The notes: generated by a model from the sequence alone, not told the origin. Numbered from the stretch's first letter, positions 50,011 to 63,075 are shown. The stretch: 64,000 nt of DNA from Callorhinchus milii (GCF_018977255.1 NW_024704743.1:34660001-34724000), one strand, 5' to 3'. Numbers and translations are program-made.

Positions 50011-53000
50011 TTATGTTTATAGATTTTTTTTGACAATACACAGGAACATTTTGCTGAAAAGTCAGTCAGGAACCAAGGTTGTCATTTCCTGATCAGCTCA
50101 GATGTCATTGTGGATGTGCACTTTTCACTGTTTGTTGGACACGTTTTTGTTGGACACATATAATGGGATTTCCCTTTTAAAGAGGCAACGGAAATCTCAT
50201 TACAGCTACGTGAGGGGCGCTATATAAATGCAAGTTGTTATTGTTGTAGTTGAGCTTGTGTGATAATAACCCCCCACCCCATTTCTATTTGGTTACTTAT
50301 ATGGATTGCTCTGCTTGTTAGCCTTTATCTGAAGCGCTTTGAGATGTCTCAAAGACGTGATAAGGTGCTATATCAAATGCAAGGATTATTATTGTAACCT
50401 ACAGATCTTCATTTGATTGCATCATGAATTATGTGTCACTAAAGGCCACTGATGATCTTTCCAATGCTAGGGGTTAGCTGCACTCAGCAAGGGAAACCCA
50501 TGCCAGAAATTTGTTTTTACACTGGGTATGAAAATGAATTTAGCTTCCAGAATGATACCCATAGTAGCTTCTGTGTATTAAACAAAAAATATTCAGAGAC
50601 TGGAGTTTCCCTTCAGGGTACTAACCCAACCTCAGAGTTCAGATGGTGATCATAAGCCGCTTAAACTCCCCTTTTCCTGTTATTGGTCACTGAAGTTGCT
50701 GATTGGATCAAAGATTGGAGCTGCTGCTCATACAGTACTCTGTTTATTATACGCAAAACATTCAGTGAATTACTCCGTGTCGAACTGAACAAGAAAGCTT
50801 TGTAGCAGCCTAATATAATTCCTGTGATAAATCAAACCATCACTGAGGACACTACAATGCAAAACAGCTGTTCTCCTAAAATCCCCCTAATTGGCTTACG
50901 TTTCCCTGGTCAATTTTCACTTACTACTAAGTTCCTCAAGTAAATTATTCATTATCATTAGGTACCAGTGTGGTACTCAAAAATGTTTCTTAAACTCATT
51001 GTGAAAAGTTACTTAATGGCTCTGTTGGTAAATTCACTTCTCAGTGAACCATACAAACATGAAATGTCTCAGGGTTGCTCCATGATCTGCACTGAGTTGT
51101 CTCCAGCCAGGGGGCAATAGGAGTATGTCCGGACAGACACTAGGACAAACCTGAAACTTCACCTAAACTTAGTCTGCAAGACCATTTCATCTTAATATTT
51201 AACACTGTGCAGAGTTGCGGAAAATCCTTAAAGTCTCAATTTTCAAACCAGTTTTCGGGTTTGGAGGGGAAGAAAATTCTCATTATGTTAATGTTGTAGA
51301 TTATTATAAACAGTGAATGTTGTCTAGGATTGCGTGCTAAGGTTGGAATACATATAAGGGCTCAGCGGATAAATAAAAATGACAATAACCTTAACCTGAG
51401 CCTCTCATTAATGTCATTGATTATTGGAGTGTCAGGCTACTTTCTAGAGTAATGCAGAAACTGGAAGGAGTAACATTGGCAAGCTGACATGTGTTCCCTT
51501 CTCTTCCCCACCTCCCCAATAACGTTAATAATTGAAACTTTATTCAGAGTATTCAGTGTTTTCCGGTTTGCGGTTCATGCTTCCAGTTTTAGCTGGTTAG
51601 ACTCCAGCAGTACCCCAATGCACACTCTGGGGTACCCAAGCCTTGGCTCTTGCCAACCTACACCCCAGACTCTCCGGAATTAGGTAAGCAGGGAAAGACT
51701 GTCTATTCCATTCCAAACACTGGAAATTCATGTGTAGATGGCATACATGGAATTCTCAGTCTGGTTTGGATGCTCTTAAGGATGGCGATGAGTTTCTACA
51801 TGTGTCCAACACCCGCCTGACCACAAAAAGTATTCAAAGTATGATAAGTAGTCTCAATGAATTTGCCTCCCAGTTTCTGTCCCGGAAGATCACTCAGGGA
51901 AAGGTGAGTGATCTTTGCAACATTACATTGCAACATTACTGAAGAGCCTGGGATATTTGTAGCCACTTATAACCCATTTATAGTAACACTTAGGAGTCAG
52001 ATGAACCCTCAATTTGGATCCTGTGAGCTACTATAAATGGCTTGAGCTTTAGTTGTACCATCTACTTTAAAAATTCAAGGGTGTGGATAGGAACTATGGA
52101 TTTGGCTCTCACAGTTATCCTGAAAATAAACGCAACATCAATACAGAAGCACTGCCGCTGTCAGGCCGCATATAATATAATCCTTGCATTCGATATAGTG
52201 CCTTATTGAGATGACTCAAAACACTTCACAGGATTTTACTTTGAAATGTTGTGACTATGTCTCTCCAATAATCCCTCCAAAATAAAAACAATAATAAATT
52301 GGTCATTTTCAATCCACGACTGTTTGTGGGACACTGCTGTGCGCAATTGGCTGCCGCGTTTCACCCCCAAATTCACTTTACAGCATATTCTGCGAAGCGC
52401 TTTGAGATGTCGAGAAGACGTGAAAAGCACTATATCAAATGCAAGGATTATTATTATATTATATTATTATGTATTTGTGGGCAGCAGCCAATTTGCACTC
52501 AGCAATGTCCCACTTTTTTTTATTTTACTGGAGAAATTCCCTTCTCTTTTCGGATAGTGCCATGGGATCTTTAACATGCTCTGAACAGGCAGCTGGAACC
52601 TCGGGGACAGCACCTCTTGTCAATGCGCACAATCCCAGCACTGCATTGGGATGTCAGCTTAGACTGTGAGTTTGAAGTGATAACATGGGGCTTAATTCAC
52701 AATCTTCTGACTTACAGGCGAGAGTGCTATCACTGAGTATAGCAAAGCCTGGCCGTCCCCACTGGTAGCACAGGGGTATCACTTCACTTGCGTTTATTGG
52801 TGCAGTATTTCTTCAGGGTTGTGGGAAATCTGGGGGGAGGAAAGAAAGAGATCCAGACTACCAATATGCAATACAGGTGCATGGAATTTTGCAAACATTT
52901 ACATGTGTCATTTGTGCTAACACAGTTTCCACATGCTTTTTTTTCCCTTTTGTTTTTAGAGATTTTGCCACAGTAAAACATTAATATCAATAACAAAAAA

Positions 53001-53994
53001 TCACTACAAGTAAACAGAAAATTTAAACAGAAATGCAGTCAAAGATAAAATATTAAATGCCTATATATTTTTAAAAAATACTGTTTAAGACTCTATTTAT
53101 ATTGATATATCAAACTCCTCAGCCTGTTTGTGACTTGTAATTTCCAAGACAGAAATTCCTGATGATGCATGACCTTCGAAATTGTCCCAATCAGGATTTC
53201 ACCCAGAGATACTTTGAAGAATTGTGCATTTTGAATCCTTTTCAAAAGTATAAAAAACAACTAAGAAACGTCTTTTCTTCTGCTTTTCTGCACAGCTCAT
53301 GGGGGAACCCAGGCAGCAGTGCTAAGTTTAAAAGAAGTTCAATGTTTGAAGCCAATGCAATCCAGACTTTCAGTCTTGTGACAGGATGTCTGCAAGATGA
53401 TGTAAGATTCTAACTCTCAGCCCTTTTTGTCATTACTTTTCCCTAACATATGAATGAATCATACTGCAGCAGATCATGGGGCACTCGGTTACACCCCACC
53501 CCCACACTAGAAATGATGGCTTCAGGAAGCGGAGCTAAAATTGGAACCCTCCCACAAGCCATGTCATCAGCCGAATTCTGCACTTTTATATTCAAACAAG
53601 GCCTCTTTGTGGAAAAGTCATCACATTTAAGGCCTGCAGAGTTTAGACGCTTATTTTGAGTTGAACAATTTCAAGGTTTGATTTTTTTTCTGTTTGATAA
53701 TAATAATAATAATAATCCTTACGTTTAGTATAGCGCCTTTGATATCAGGAGAACATCTCAAAGCCTTTCACATGATATAATATAAAATGCAGTGCCTTTT
53801 TTTGCATGGGTAAACATGGCAGCTAATTTGTGCACAGCAGTGCCCCACAGACAGGCATGAAACAAATTACCAATTTTATTTGTTTTACATCACAAGGATA
53901 CTTGTTTAAACCACAAAAAGAAAGAGTTTTCCAAAATAAACGATTAACAACATTTGGTTTAGAAATGTTTCTTGTGGAGTTTCTTAGAGCATTT

Positions 53995-54312
53995 AATAAT
54001 AATAATAATCCTTGCATTTGATATAGCGCTTTTCACGTCGGGAGGACGTCCCAAAGTGCTTCACAGAACACACTGTAAAGTGAATTGACTGTATATTTGT
54101 GGGCGAACGCGGCAGCCAATTGCGCACAGCAATGTCCCACAAACAGTCGTAGATTGAAAATGACCAATTTATTATTGTTTTGGGTTTTGGAGGGATTATT
54201 ATTAGGTGTGTGGAGTAAGGAAACTTGCCCAAGGTTTCGCCCTCTGCCTGGAATTGAACTCAGGTCTCTCGCTTGCAAAGCGAGTGCTCTAACCACTGAG
54301 CTACAGGACTCC
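53995..54312 (-). mobile_element. Young tRNA-derived SINE, internally deleted subfamily
   Basis: Head GGAGTCCTGTAGCTCAGTGGTTAGAGC (A box) and GAGTTCAATTCC (B box); L2-like 3' tail ending CAAATGCAAGGA(TTA)n. Confidence 0.92.
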
Positions 54313-54934
54313 AATAAAGAGATAAAACTCATTGGGCTGATATGTTTTTTTTTAAGGTTCTGTTCCCTTTCAGACCCCAATGGTACTCTGATGTAGTGCA
54401 TTGCACCATGATAGGTATGGGTGTCCATGGTTCCATGAAGCCCCTGACCTCCGTTGAACCATTCATTGTAGGCAAGGTGCTTGCTCACAGTTACAGAACA
54501 GCAACAGAAACCTGGATGTAGGACCGTGCACAGTGTCCATCCTACTCTTAAACCTAAAGCGAGTAGCATGGGAATACCCATAGGTTCTGGAGAAAGATAT
54601 ATATTGTGTCTAGCTCCCACACTGAGTCAGACATACACTGATAGACTTCATATTGGCTGTGCCTGGAGTAGGAAAATAATGTTTCATTATACAGTAGATA
54701 ATGACCTCAGCGTAGAATTCAGTGTAAAAAAAAAGACCTGTTTTGAAATTTGAGGTTCAGGGACACAGAGTTTTCCAAAACTCAAATATTAATTTCATTC
54801 CCAGTCTCAATCATTACTTGAACACGACTGGAATTTATTTTCCAAGTTCTCTATCACCAATGTTTAAAGTTTGAATTTTATGCAGTAGAGCAAGGCTATG
54901 ATAGTAGTGAGACTAGAAGCAGCTATTAATGTGA

Positions 54935-55265
54935 GTGAACGCGGCAGCCAATTTGCACCGCAATGTCCCACAAACAGCCATGAAGTGATTGACCAATTTT
55001 ATTTGGAGAATTTGTTGGCCAGGACACCAGGAGAAATTTCCTTCTCTTTTTGAATAGTGTCATGGGATCTGTAAAGCCACCTGAACAGGCAGACAGGACC
55101 TTGGTTTAATGTCTCATCCAAAGCAATGTACCTCTGACAATGCAGTGTAGACCCAGTACTGCATTTCAGTGTCATCTTAGACTATACGAGTTCAACATCC
55201 AGACGTGGGCTTGAAAGCATCACCTTCTGACTCAGAGGCGAGAATACTACCAACTAAGCCAGGCT
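54935..55265 (-). mobile_element. Deu-domain SINE (SacSINE1/AmnSINE1-like). Other copies at ~5485-5785 -, 8770-9097 +, 13060-13320 +, 13418-13728 +, 26363-26765 -, 38230-39135 - (split), 44997-45545 -, 48270-48495 +, 52465-52740 - and 60190-60545 +
   Basis: tRNA-like head (GGCTTAGTTGGTAG...CGCCTCTGAGTCAGAAGG) plus the recalled Deu core GGATGAGACATTAAACC..GGTCC...GATCCCATG.CACTATTC...CCTGGTGTCCTGGCCAA. Confidence 0.8.
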
Positions 55266-56126
55266 CACATGCAAATTAAATCTGACAGACACAATCAAAT
55301 ACAATTAAAATCCTTGCATTTGATATTGTGCCTTTCACATTAGGTGGATGTCTCAAAGCACTTCACAGGATTTACTAAAGTGGAGTGACTGTATACATTA
55401 AAATAGATTATAAAGGAAAATTTATAGTGAGGGATAAAGAACAATCACAGATGTGAGAATGCAGGTGGTGGGGGGAGGAAAAAGAGAAGAAATCCAATGA
55501 GTCTATTGAGTATTGAGGTAGCCTGGAACTCAATACCTTTATATTACTCCAATCAGCAAAACTGACAATCTTTTCATTTTATTCTTTAAAATGCGAAACT
55601 CCACCATAAAGGCTTGTAAAAAGCATGCTGATAGGCACCGAATCAATAGTGCAAACATTGTAATTCGAAATGAACCTGTCTGGTAATTTGGAACAAATTA
55701 TATAAAGACGGCTCGAGGCATTAGCACACATAGAGTTTATGTAATCTGGTATTTAGACTTAACCTTTGGACTTGAAAGGGATCATGTCCCATTTCAGTAC
55801 ATCGAACAGTGATTATCCAATTATTTCCGACAATGACCTTCTCCATCAACAACTAGTCTTTGAATCCATCATCCTGACCAGTCTCACTGGAGGCTGCTGC
55901 TTCAGTCTCAAGTACCTGCAGTAGGTAATAAACTGGTCCAGAAACAGCCTTTAGTGAGAACATTAAACAAAGTCATTCCTACATGTTCTTTTTCTGCTTA
56001 ATTCTTAAAGAATTTAATTTGCCTTTATCTTCCTGTTCTGCTTATAAATGTGATCTTAGGTACATCATCATATTGTGAGTTTTAGGCCCTTTATGTGCAG
56101 ATAATGCCTGCACATAGAAACAACAA

Positions 56127-56164
56127 ATAGGTTGTCAGACCTGTCATAGGTTGTCAGACCTGTC
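56127..56164. repeat. Exact 19-bp tandem duplication
   Basis: ATAGGTTGTCAGACCTGTC x2. Confidence 0.9.
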
Positions 56165-56205
56165 ATGGTTCTGAATCGCAATTCTTTGAAAAAGCAGACA
56201 GGTAA

Positions 56206-56366
56206 TAATAATAATATAATCCTTGCATTTGATACAGCACTTTATCACGACTTCAAGACAGCTCAAAGCACTTCACAGAATATACTGTAAAGTGTAGTGA
56301 CTGTATATTTTGTGGGCGAAACGCAGCAGCCAATTGTGCAAAACAGTGTCTCACTAACAGTCATGG
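56206..56366 (-). mobile_element. 5'-truncated SINE tail with 9-bp TSD. Similar tail-only copies at ~1790-1870, 9450-9580, 10005-10120, 10165-10275, 17335-17500, 36940-37055, 43368-43466, 50330-50395, 52170-52460, 53700-53880, 55305-55395, 56755-57140, 60895-61075, 61680-61790 and 63420-63565
   Basis: Shared tail ...CACTTTACAGTATATTCTGTGAAG...CAAATGCAAGGATTA; GACAGGTAA on both sides of this copy. Confidence 0.88.
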
Positions 56367-58157
56367 GACAGGTAAGATCACTTACACTTTAAAGGGAATT
56401 GATTCTTTATTTCTCAAAGATCAGTTGAAGTTTAGGGAAGGAGCCCAGATTTGCTCATGCTGTGGGTCTCATTTCTCCCTCCAGTGACCTTGAAACGGCG
56501 AGAGTGGAACCAAGCATTGGAAGTGATACCATTTTGGTGTTTTAAATAGAAAAAGGAAACCACAAATGGTGCCATTGCTGTAAAATTAAAAAAACAAACT
56601 AGTGTCAGTGGTGTACCATGGTTTATTCATTCAGTAGCTGAGCAACAACAACAATACAGACTGGGAAGGTTCTAGGGTTTGATCACCAGTGTATACTGCT
56701 GACTGGTTTTAACTAGTGGAGCATAGGAATGTCACTTTAATAATTATAATAATAATTTGGTCACTTCAATCCATGACAGTTTGTGGAACACTGCTGTTCA
56801 CAGTTGGCTGCCGTGTTTCACCCACATGATATACAGTCAATTCATTTTATAGTATATTCTGTGAACCTCTTTGAGAAAGCTGAACAGGTTAATGCACAGA
56901 CATTGAGGTATAAAGGACAGTTGAAAGTCAAACAGGACACCGAGGTTCTGCACTGGTTCCATGAAGTGAAAAAATTTAGTTGCTCAATCCACAACTGTCT
57001 GTGGGATATTACTGTGTGCAATTGCTGGCTTGTTTTGCCCACAAAATATAGTCAATTCACTTTACAGTATATCCTGTGAAGTGCTTTAAGATGTCTCAAC
57101 GATGCGATACGGCACTACATCACTATATCAAATGCAAAGCTTACATATTAATACAAATGGAGTGTGCAGCCATATAGAATAACGCTGACAGTTCCTGAGA
57201 TGAGAAGGTGCTGATGGGAGCCAAGCAGAAGAGCCGTTATATTTTTGACAATGCAATGCTCCCCCAATACTATCAGTGAGCTCAAAGTCCAAACGTGAGG
57301 CATGATTCAGAGGTGAGAGTTCTACCACATGAGGTGAGGAGAGGATCACCCTTGTCTGCAAGATTCCCTGATCCCCTTTACCTACTGTGTTTCAATACAA
57401 CTGCTGACAAACACTCACAGCTCATACATAAAGAACAGCACTCTTCGCGGGGTGGTGATTAGTGCCCATTGAACCATACCCCATAGTAATCGGGAAAAAG
57501 GAGTCCAAAACCTTCAAGACAGAAGGGGCGGGGAGTGGGTTGGTGTTGAAAAGGAAATAATAAATCAAAACAAAACAAAAGTGATGCCATTGCTTTGAAA
57601 TTCATTATTTGTACAGAATGAGTCTCAACACTGACCGTAAATCTAAAATATTAGGCTCGTGGGTCTGGTAAAATCACTGTGATTTTCACATTTTATGGAT
57701 CAGTAATAAGGATCCTGACACAGCCACTAACATTTTATCACAGCAGAAGAGCAATAAGGGTGTGAGCTCCAGCTCTGCAGATGGTGTATTCTGACAGACT
57801 GGATTTATTAGCATTCATCAAGACAGAGGAGCTGCTTCTCGTTTTACGGCTGAGTTCTTGCTCTTACTTTATCTTCTTGATACTTCACAGTACTGAGACC
57901 TGAAAAAAGGGCTCCCCAATCCTCAGCTGGTAAAGACACTGTTGTGTGTGAAATCGAACCATGCAAAACCATCAAAGCCCTCAGTGCCATTCCTCGGTCT
58001 GGATAAAATCGGCTGGGTGTTGACAGGTGGACTTCAATTGCCCTCAATAGGTCTCCTCAAGGTGAAAACCCTCAACTGTCCAGTACCTTGGGATGTCCTC
58101 CCGATGTGAAAGGCGCTATATAATGCAATTTGGTGTTGTTGCTGTTATTGTTGTTGT

Positions 58158-58395
58158 CCTCAGCATCCCTGGGCTAGAAAGGGTAAAAATCAGCCAGAGC
58201 TCCTGCTCGCTATCCAATGATCCCTGATGGAATTATGTGTGGATGTCAGTGTGAGAACTGGTTTGGTGATCCGTGTACCAACATTTAACCATCAATCACA
58301 CGTGGAATGGCCACTTGGGCAAGTTGCTGGAGGGTTCCCAGGAACTAGTTAATCCATCCCCGACCACAGGTCAAGAAAAGAGGAGTGGAGAAAAG
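58158..58395 (+). mobile_element. Ancient SINE, AmnSINE2/UCON3-like. Other fragments at ~6715-6900 -, 15125-15720 + (split), 16825-16930 -, 36105-36350 +, 51015-51120 +, 56615-56700 +, 57340-57490 + and 58835-58950 +
   Basis: CCTCAGCATCCCTGGGCTAG...AAAATCAGCCAG...CCTGCTC.CTATCCA.TGA.CCCTG...GAATGGCCACTTGGGC recurs at several loci. The name rests on a recalled consensus. Confidence 0.6.
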
Positions 58396-59510
58396 GGGGG
58401 AATTAAGAGGAAAAATTAACAGACTGAGGGGCCTAAAAGGAAAAAAAAACATAACTTTAAAAATAACCCATTCAAAAAAGAGGAGACAGGAAAAACCTAA
58501 TAATAAATTGAGGGAGAGCTTGCAGTGATACGAAGATTGATCCCAGGTGTCAAAAAGCTATTCCGAGTGAAAGGATTTGACCAACACACTTTACCGAGCA
58601 ACCATTCACTTGACATTTAATCTATCAACACAAATCACTCTGAAGGCTCTTCACTTCCTATTTACTCTATAGTGTGAGTAGCGAGGAGGCAAAGTCTTCT
58701 GCTGTACCCTTTGTTTATTCACTCTCATATACTGTGGCTTGTTCTGTCTAGTGCAATGTTCTCAAGACCGCAAAGTGCAAAGTCTGTGCCATATTATTGT
58801 AATAAAATAATCTTGTCAAATCGTTACATAACTGTGCTGAGTCAACTGATCTCACCCGGACAATCAAAGTGACGCCTCAATTGGTTGCAGCACCCCTGAG
58901 CTAACGGATGAAAACTTGCTATTGCTCTTCGGTGCTGGAAAGTATATGGGTGTGTTGCTGTTATGTAAATAAGTGTATGTATTTGTATGTGTAGGTGTTT
59001 GCATGTGTCTGTATGTGTATATTTGTATGATTATGTTTGTATCTTTAAAAAAATCTTTAAAATTAAAAGTTACTCACATAATATATTACTGGGGTTAATC
59101 TCAGTCTAATAAAGCATTGATTGACGTTAAAGGCAATTGTCAAATTCAAATATATTTGCAATTACAGTTATGAATTTGAAAGGCAAACAATTCATAAGAG
59201 CTGAAGAAGAGCCAGAATATGTTATCATAAATTTATTTTCTCACTATTATAAATTGATCTTAGAATGGACACAATGGGGAGAAGTTGCTTGTAAGTCACA
59301 TGCTTTTATGTAAGGAGATTTATAATGCAGAGCGCAGGAACCTACTAAAAGCTGCAACAACAGACAGTCTGAGGCTCCAGTTCCTTGTCATCACCATCTG
59401 AACGCTGGAATTTTCAAGATATCCTGCTAATGAAAACAGCCCTCGTTCGATCGGGAATTGAGTCCCAGGGAAATGAATGAGAAAAATCTAGATTTTGCTG
59501 TTGTGAATTA

Positions 59511-59884
59511 AATAATAATAATCCTTGCATTTGATATAGTGCCTTATCACATCTTTGAGACGTCTCAAAGCGCATCACAGAATATACAGTAAAGTGAATT
59601 GACTGAATATTGTGTAGGTGAAACGCGGCAGCCAATTGCGCACAGCAGTGTCCCACAAACAGTCGTGGATTGAAGTGACCAATTTATTATTATTTTTTGA
59701 AGGCATTATTATACCCGGAAAAGCGATCCGCCAATCGACTAACAACCGGGTTCCTACTTACTGCTAGGTAAACAGAGGCTTGTGGAGTAAGGAAACTTGT
59801 CCAACATTTCACCCTGCCGGCAATCTAACCCATGTCTCTCATTTGCAAGGCGAGTCCTTTAACCGCTGAGCTACTGAATACTCC
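59511..59884 (-). mobile_element. Full-length tRNA-derived SINE
   Basis: Reverse complement of the same family, head to tail. Confidence 0.9.
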
Positions 59885-62076
59885 TAAGCCTTTTCTGCCT
59901 GTGTCTCCTGAATATGCAGTTTAATATGGAGTATGATTCTGCAGGTGCTGGTCATTCTTCAGTACTTTACTCAAATGGCATTATTCATGTGTAATTTTAG
60001 ACAGTGAATGTTGATGGACTCTGTTGATGTGCATATGGAGGGGAAGCTTCACAACCAACCTAAGGAGAACAGAAACACATGGAATGAGATTCTTTGCAAA
60101 ATGCATGCCAACCCTCTCCCAGGATATAAATGTGTTGTAGCAAGACAGCTTGGGTTTCTGGAGTTCAAAATTTAATTGCACACAGGTGTCGGCCTGACTC
60201 AGTTGGTAGCACTCTTGCCTCTGAGTCAAAAGATTGTAGATTCAAGCCCTATGATGGGACTTTTAGCTCAGGGTCTCAGTTGGCATTCCAATGCAGTACT
60301 GTGGGGTGGGTTGCATTGTTGGAGGTTCCGTCCTTCAGATGAAACAAACATTAAACCAAAGTCCCAGCTGCCTGTTCAGGTGGAGATAAAATTGGGTATT
60401 CACTTTGTAGTTGTTTCTGGGACTTTGCTCTGTACAAATTGTTTGCTGCATTCGCTTACAAAATTGAAAACAAATCCTGTGAAGCACCAGGAACTTGCAC
60501 CAGATGTGAAAAGTGCTATATCAAATGGCAAGGATTATTATTATTAAACTGCTGAATGAGGTTGTGAGTTCAGCTCAGTTCTGGGCTATCCACTGTGGAA
60601 TTACCTGGGATTTTTACCATTCAATTAATTTGTGCCTTTTGAGTCATTGGTAAAAGGAGACTTACGCCTCATTTCACTGAATACGAGTAGTCCTGAAAGG
60701 CTTGGCCATGAAAGGCTGTTAAAATTTGTGTAATTATCTTCTGATTATTTTTCGTTACTGGTAAGGGTGTATTTCATTCTCTCATTGATCAAACCAATTA
60801 CTGTTAATGCAAGAGGAAAATTGCTCTATTAAGATGAATAGTCTAAAGATCAGTTTTCAGTGTTGGATGACCATCAAATTGAATGGGCTGATAATAATAT
60901 AATATAATAATAATCCTTGCATTTGGTATCACATCACATCACTGAGACATCTCAAAGCGCTTCACAGAAAATACTGTAAAGTGAATTGACTGTATATTTT
61001 GTGGGCGAAAAACAGCAGCCAATGTGCACAGCAGTGTCCCACGAACAGTCATGGATTGAGTGACCAAATTATTATTTTTGTCTTGAATGAGTAGTTAAAT
61101 TGACATGATCACAGATATCTTTTGGAAAGTAGCCCTCAAATTCAAGCTCATGATTCAAAAATTACTATGTAATCTAAATTGCTCTGGTCACATTTTGAGA
61201 AGTAACATGAAGGAGCACCAGAGGTGAGGAATATGCTTCCGAAACACAGTTCCCAAGATTAATGGGAATTCTAGCAGAATTCCTTGTTGAGGAATCTCAG
61301 TACTGTTTAGACCCCAAATGTAAAGGTGAGTTGTAATAAATTGAGGTGGCAGGGCATGCTTCACTCTGCCACTTACCTTCTGTAATTAAATTTCCTTGTA
61401 AGGCTCCCCAGGCAGCTCAGTTGGTGAATACACTACTCAGAACAGCACATTTCCAACCTTGATCTCTGGACTGTGCTAGTTTATTGTTTTTTTTAATCAG
61501 CCAGGTGTCTGACACATGTGGAAACTCATCGACACGCTTAAGAGCATCCAAACCAGACTGAGAATTCCATGTATACCATCTATACATGAAAGTTCACATG
61601 TCTGAATGGAATTACTCACCCTCTCCCCAGAGGGACACGCCCTGCTTTCTGAATCCCACAATGATCTCAGCTGTGGTGATAATAATAATAATAATAATCC
61701 TTGCATCACGTCTTCGAGACGTCTCAAAGTGCTTCGCAGAATACACTGTAAAGTGAATTGACTGCATATTTTGTGGGTGAAATGCAGCATACCTGGACAA
61801 GAGGTTTGTTTGTATTGACTATATCCAGCACTTTACCCACATCTGGCAATGGTAAATAAGATTAATGGGCAGAGTCAAGGTGGGTCATGGAACTGAAGCT
61901 GCCCTTCAGATGTTGAAGTGACTGCAAACTCTGGTATAGATTCAATATGCCATTCTTACCAAACAGTGGATTCTTCCAAAAATACACAGTAACCACATTG
62001 AGCAACAACGTGACAGGACAAAGTTGTGACATCTGAATGCCTACAATAAGTTGGGCTGTAGAATTATAGAACTCAC

Positions 62077-63075
62077 AACCTACTATCCCCCTACTTACCT
62101 GCCCGTACCCTCTGTTCCTCTGGCTCCGGTCTGCTGCACATCCCCCGCCCTACAGCCTGCCTGTCCGACATTGATTCCTGGACGAGAGACAACTTTCTTC
62201 AGCTCAACGTGCGTAAAAAGGAGGCCCTCCTGATTGGCTCGCGTTAGCGCCTCCACACCTCAGGCGCTGACAGCATCAGCATCCAAGGCTGCACTCTAAA
62301 CCTCTCAAAGCCAGTCAGGAACCTCGGCGTTTTGTTCGACCCTGAGCTGTCCTTTCTTCCTCATATCCGCGCCACAACTGGCACCGCCTTCCATCACCTC
62401 CAGAATGTCGCCAGACTACGGCACTACCTCACCCCTCACCCTGCTGAAACTCTGGTCCACGCCTTTATCACCTCAAGGCTGGACTATGGGAACTCTCTCC
62501 TCGCCGGCCTTCCTGGCACCTCCTTCCACAAGTTGCAGGTCATTCAGAACTCTGCAGCTTGTGTACTGTCCTGCACCAGGCTTCGCGACCACATCACTCC
62601 CACCCTCGCTCGCCTCCACTGACTCCCCATCCCCAGAGGATCGAATTCAAGATCCTCATCCTCACCTAAAAGGCCATTCACGGCCTTGCTCCCTCCTACC
62701 TCTCCGACCTACTATCCCCCTACCTACCTGCCCGTACCCTCCGTTCCTCTGGCTCCGGTCTGCTCCACATCCCCCGCCCCAACCGCCTTACCATCGGTGG
62801 CCGGGCTTTCAGCCTCTCAGCCCCTAGGCTCTGGAACTCCAACCCCCAGTGCCTTCGCCGCTTCCTCCCTTTCCTCCTTCAAGGCCGATCTCAAGACCTT
62901 TCTCTTCGACCGTGCCTTCAGCTCCCCTCTCGACTCTCTACCCCCTTCTCGCTCCCTCCCTTCCCTCACCCTGACCATTTCCCCTCAATGCTCGGGTCCC
63001 GACCCAATTGTCCAGAGCCTTGGGACGTCCTCCCGACGTGAAAGGTGCTCTATAAATGAAATCTTGTTGTTGTTG
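62077..63075 (+). mobile_element. L2 family A fragment with rearranged 5' end
   Basis: FDPELSF and SRLDYGNSLL motifs; (TTG)n tail; the first ~72 bp duplicate an internal downstream segment. Confidence 0.92.

Noticed and set aside
54240..54312. A genuine tRNA-Ala gene
   Set aside because: It continues into SINE body and tail, occurs in many diverged copies, and lacks a complete acceptor stem and terminator.
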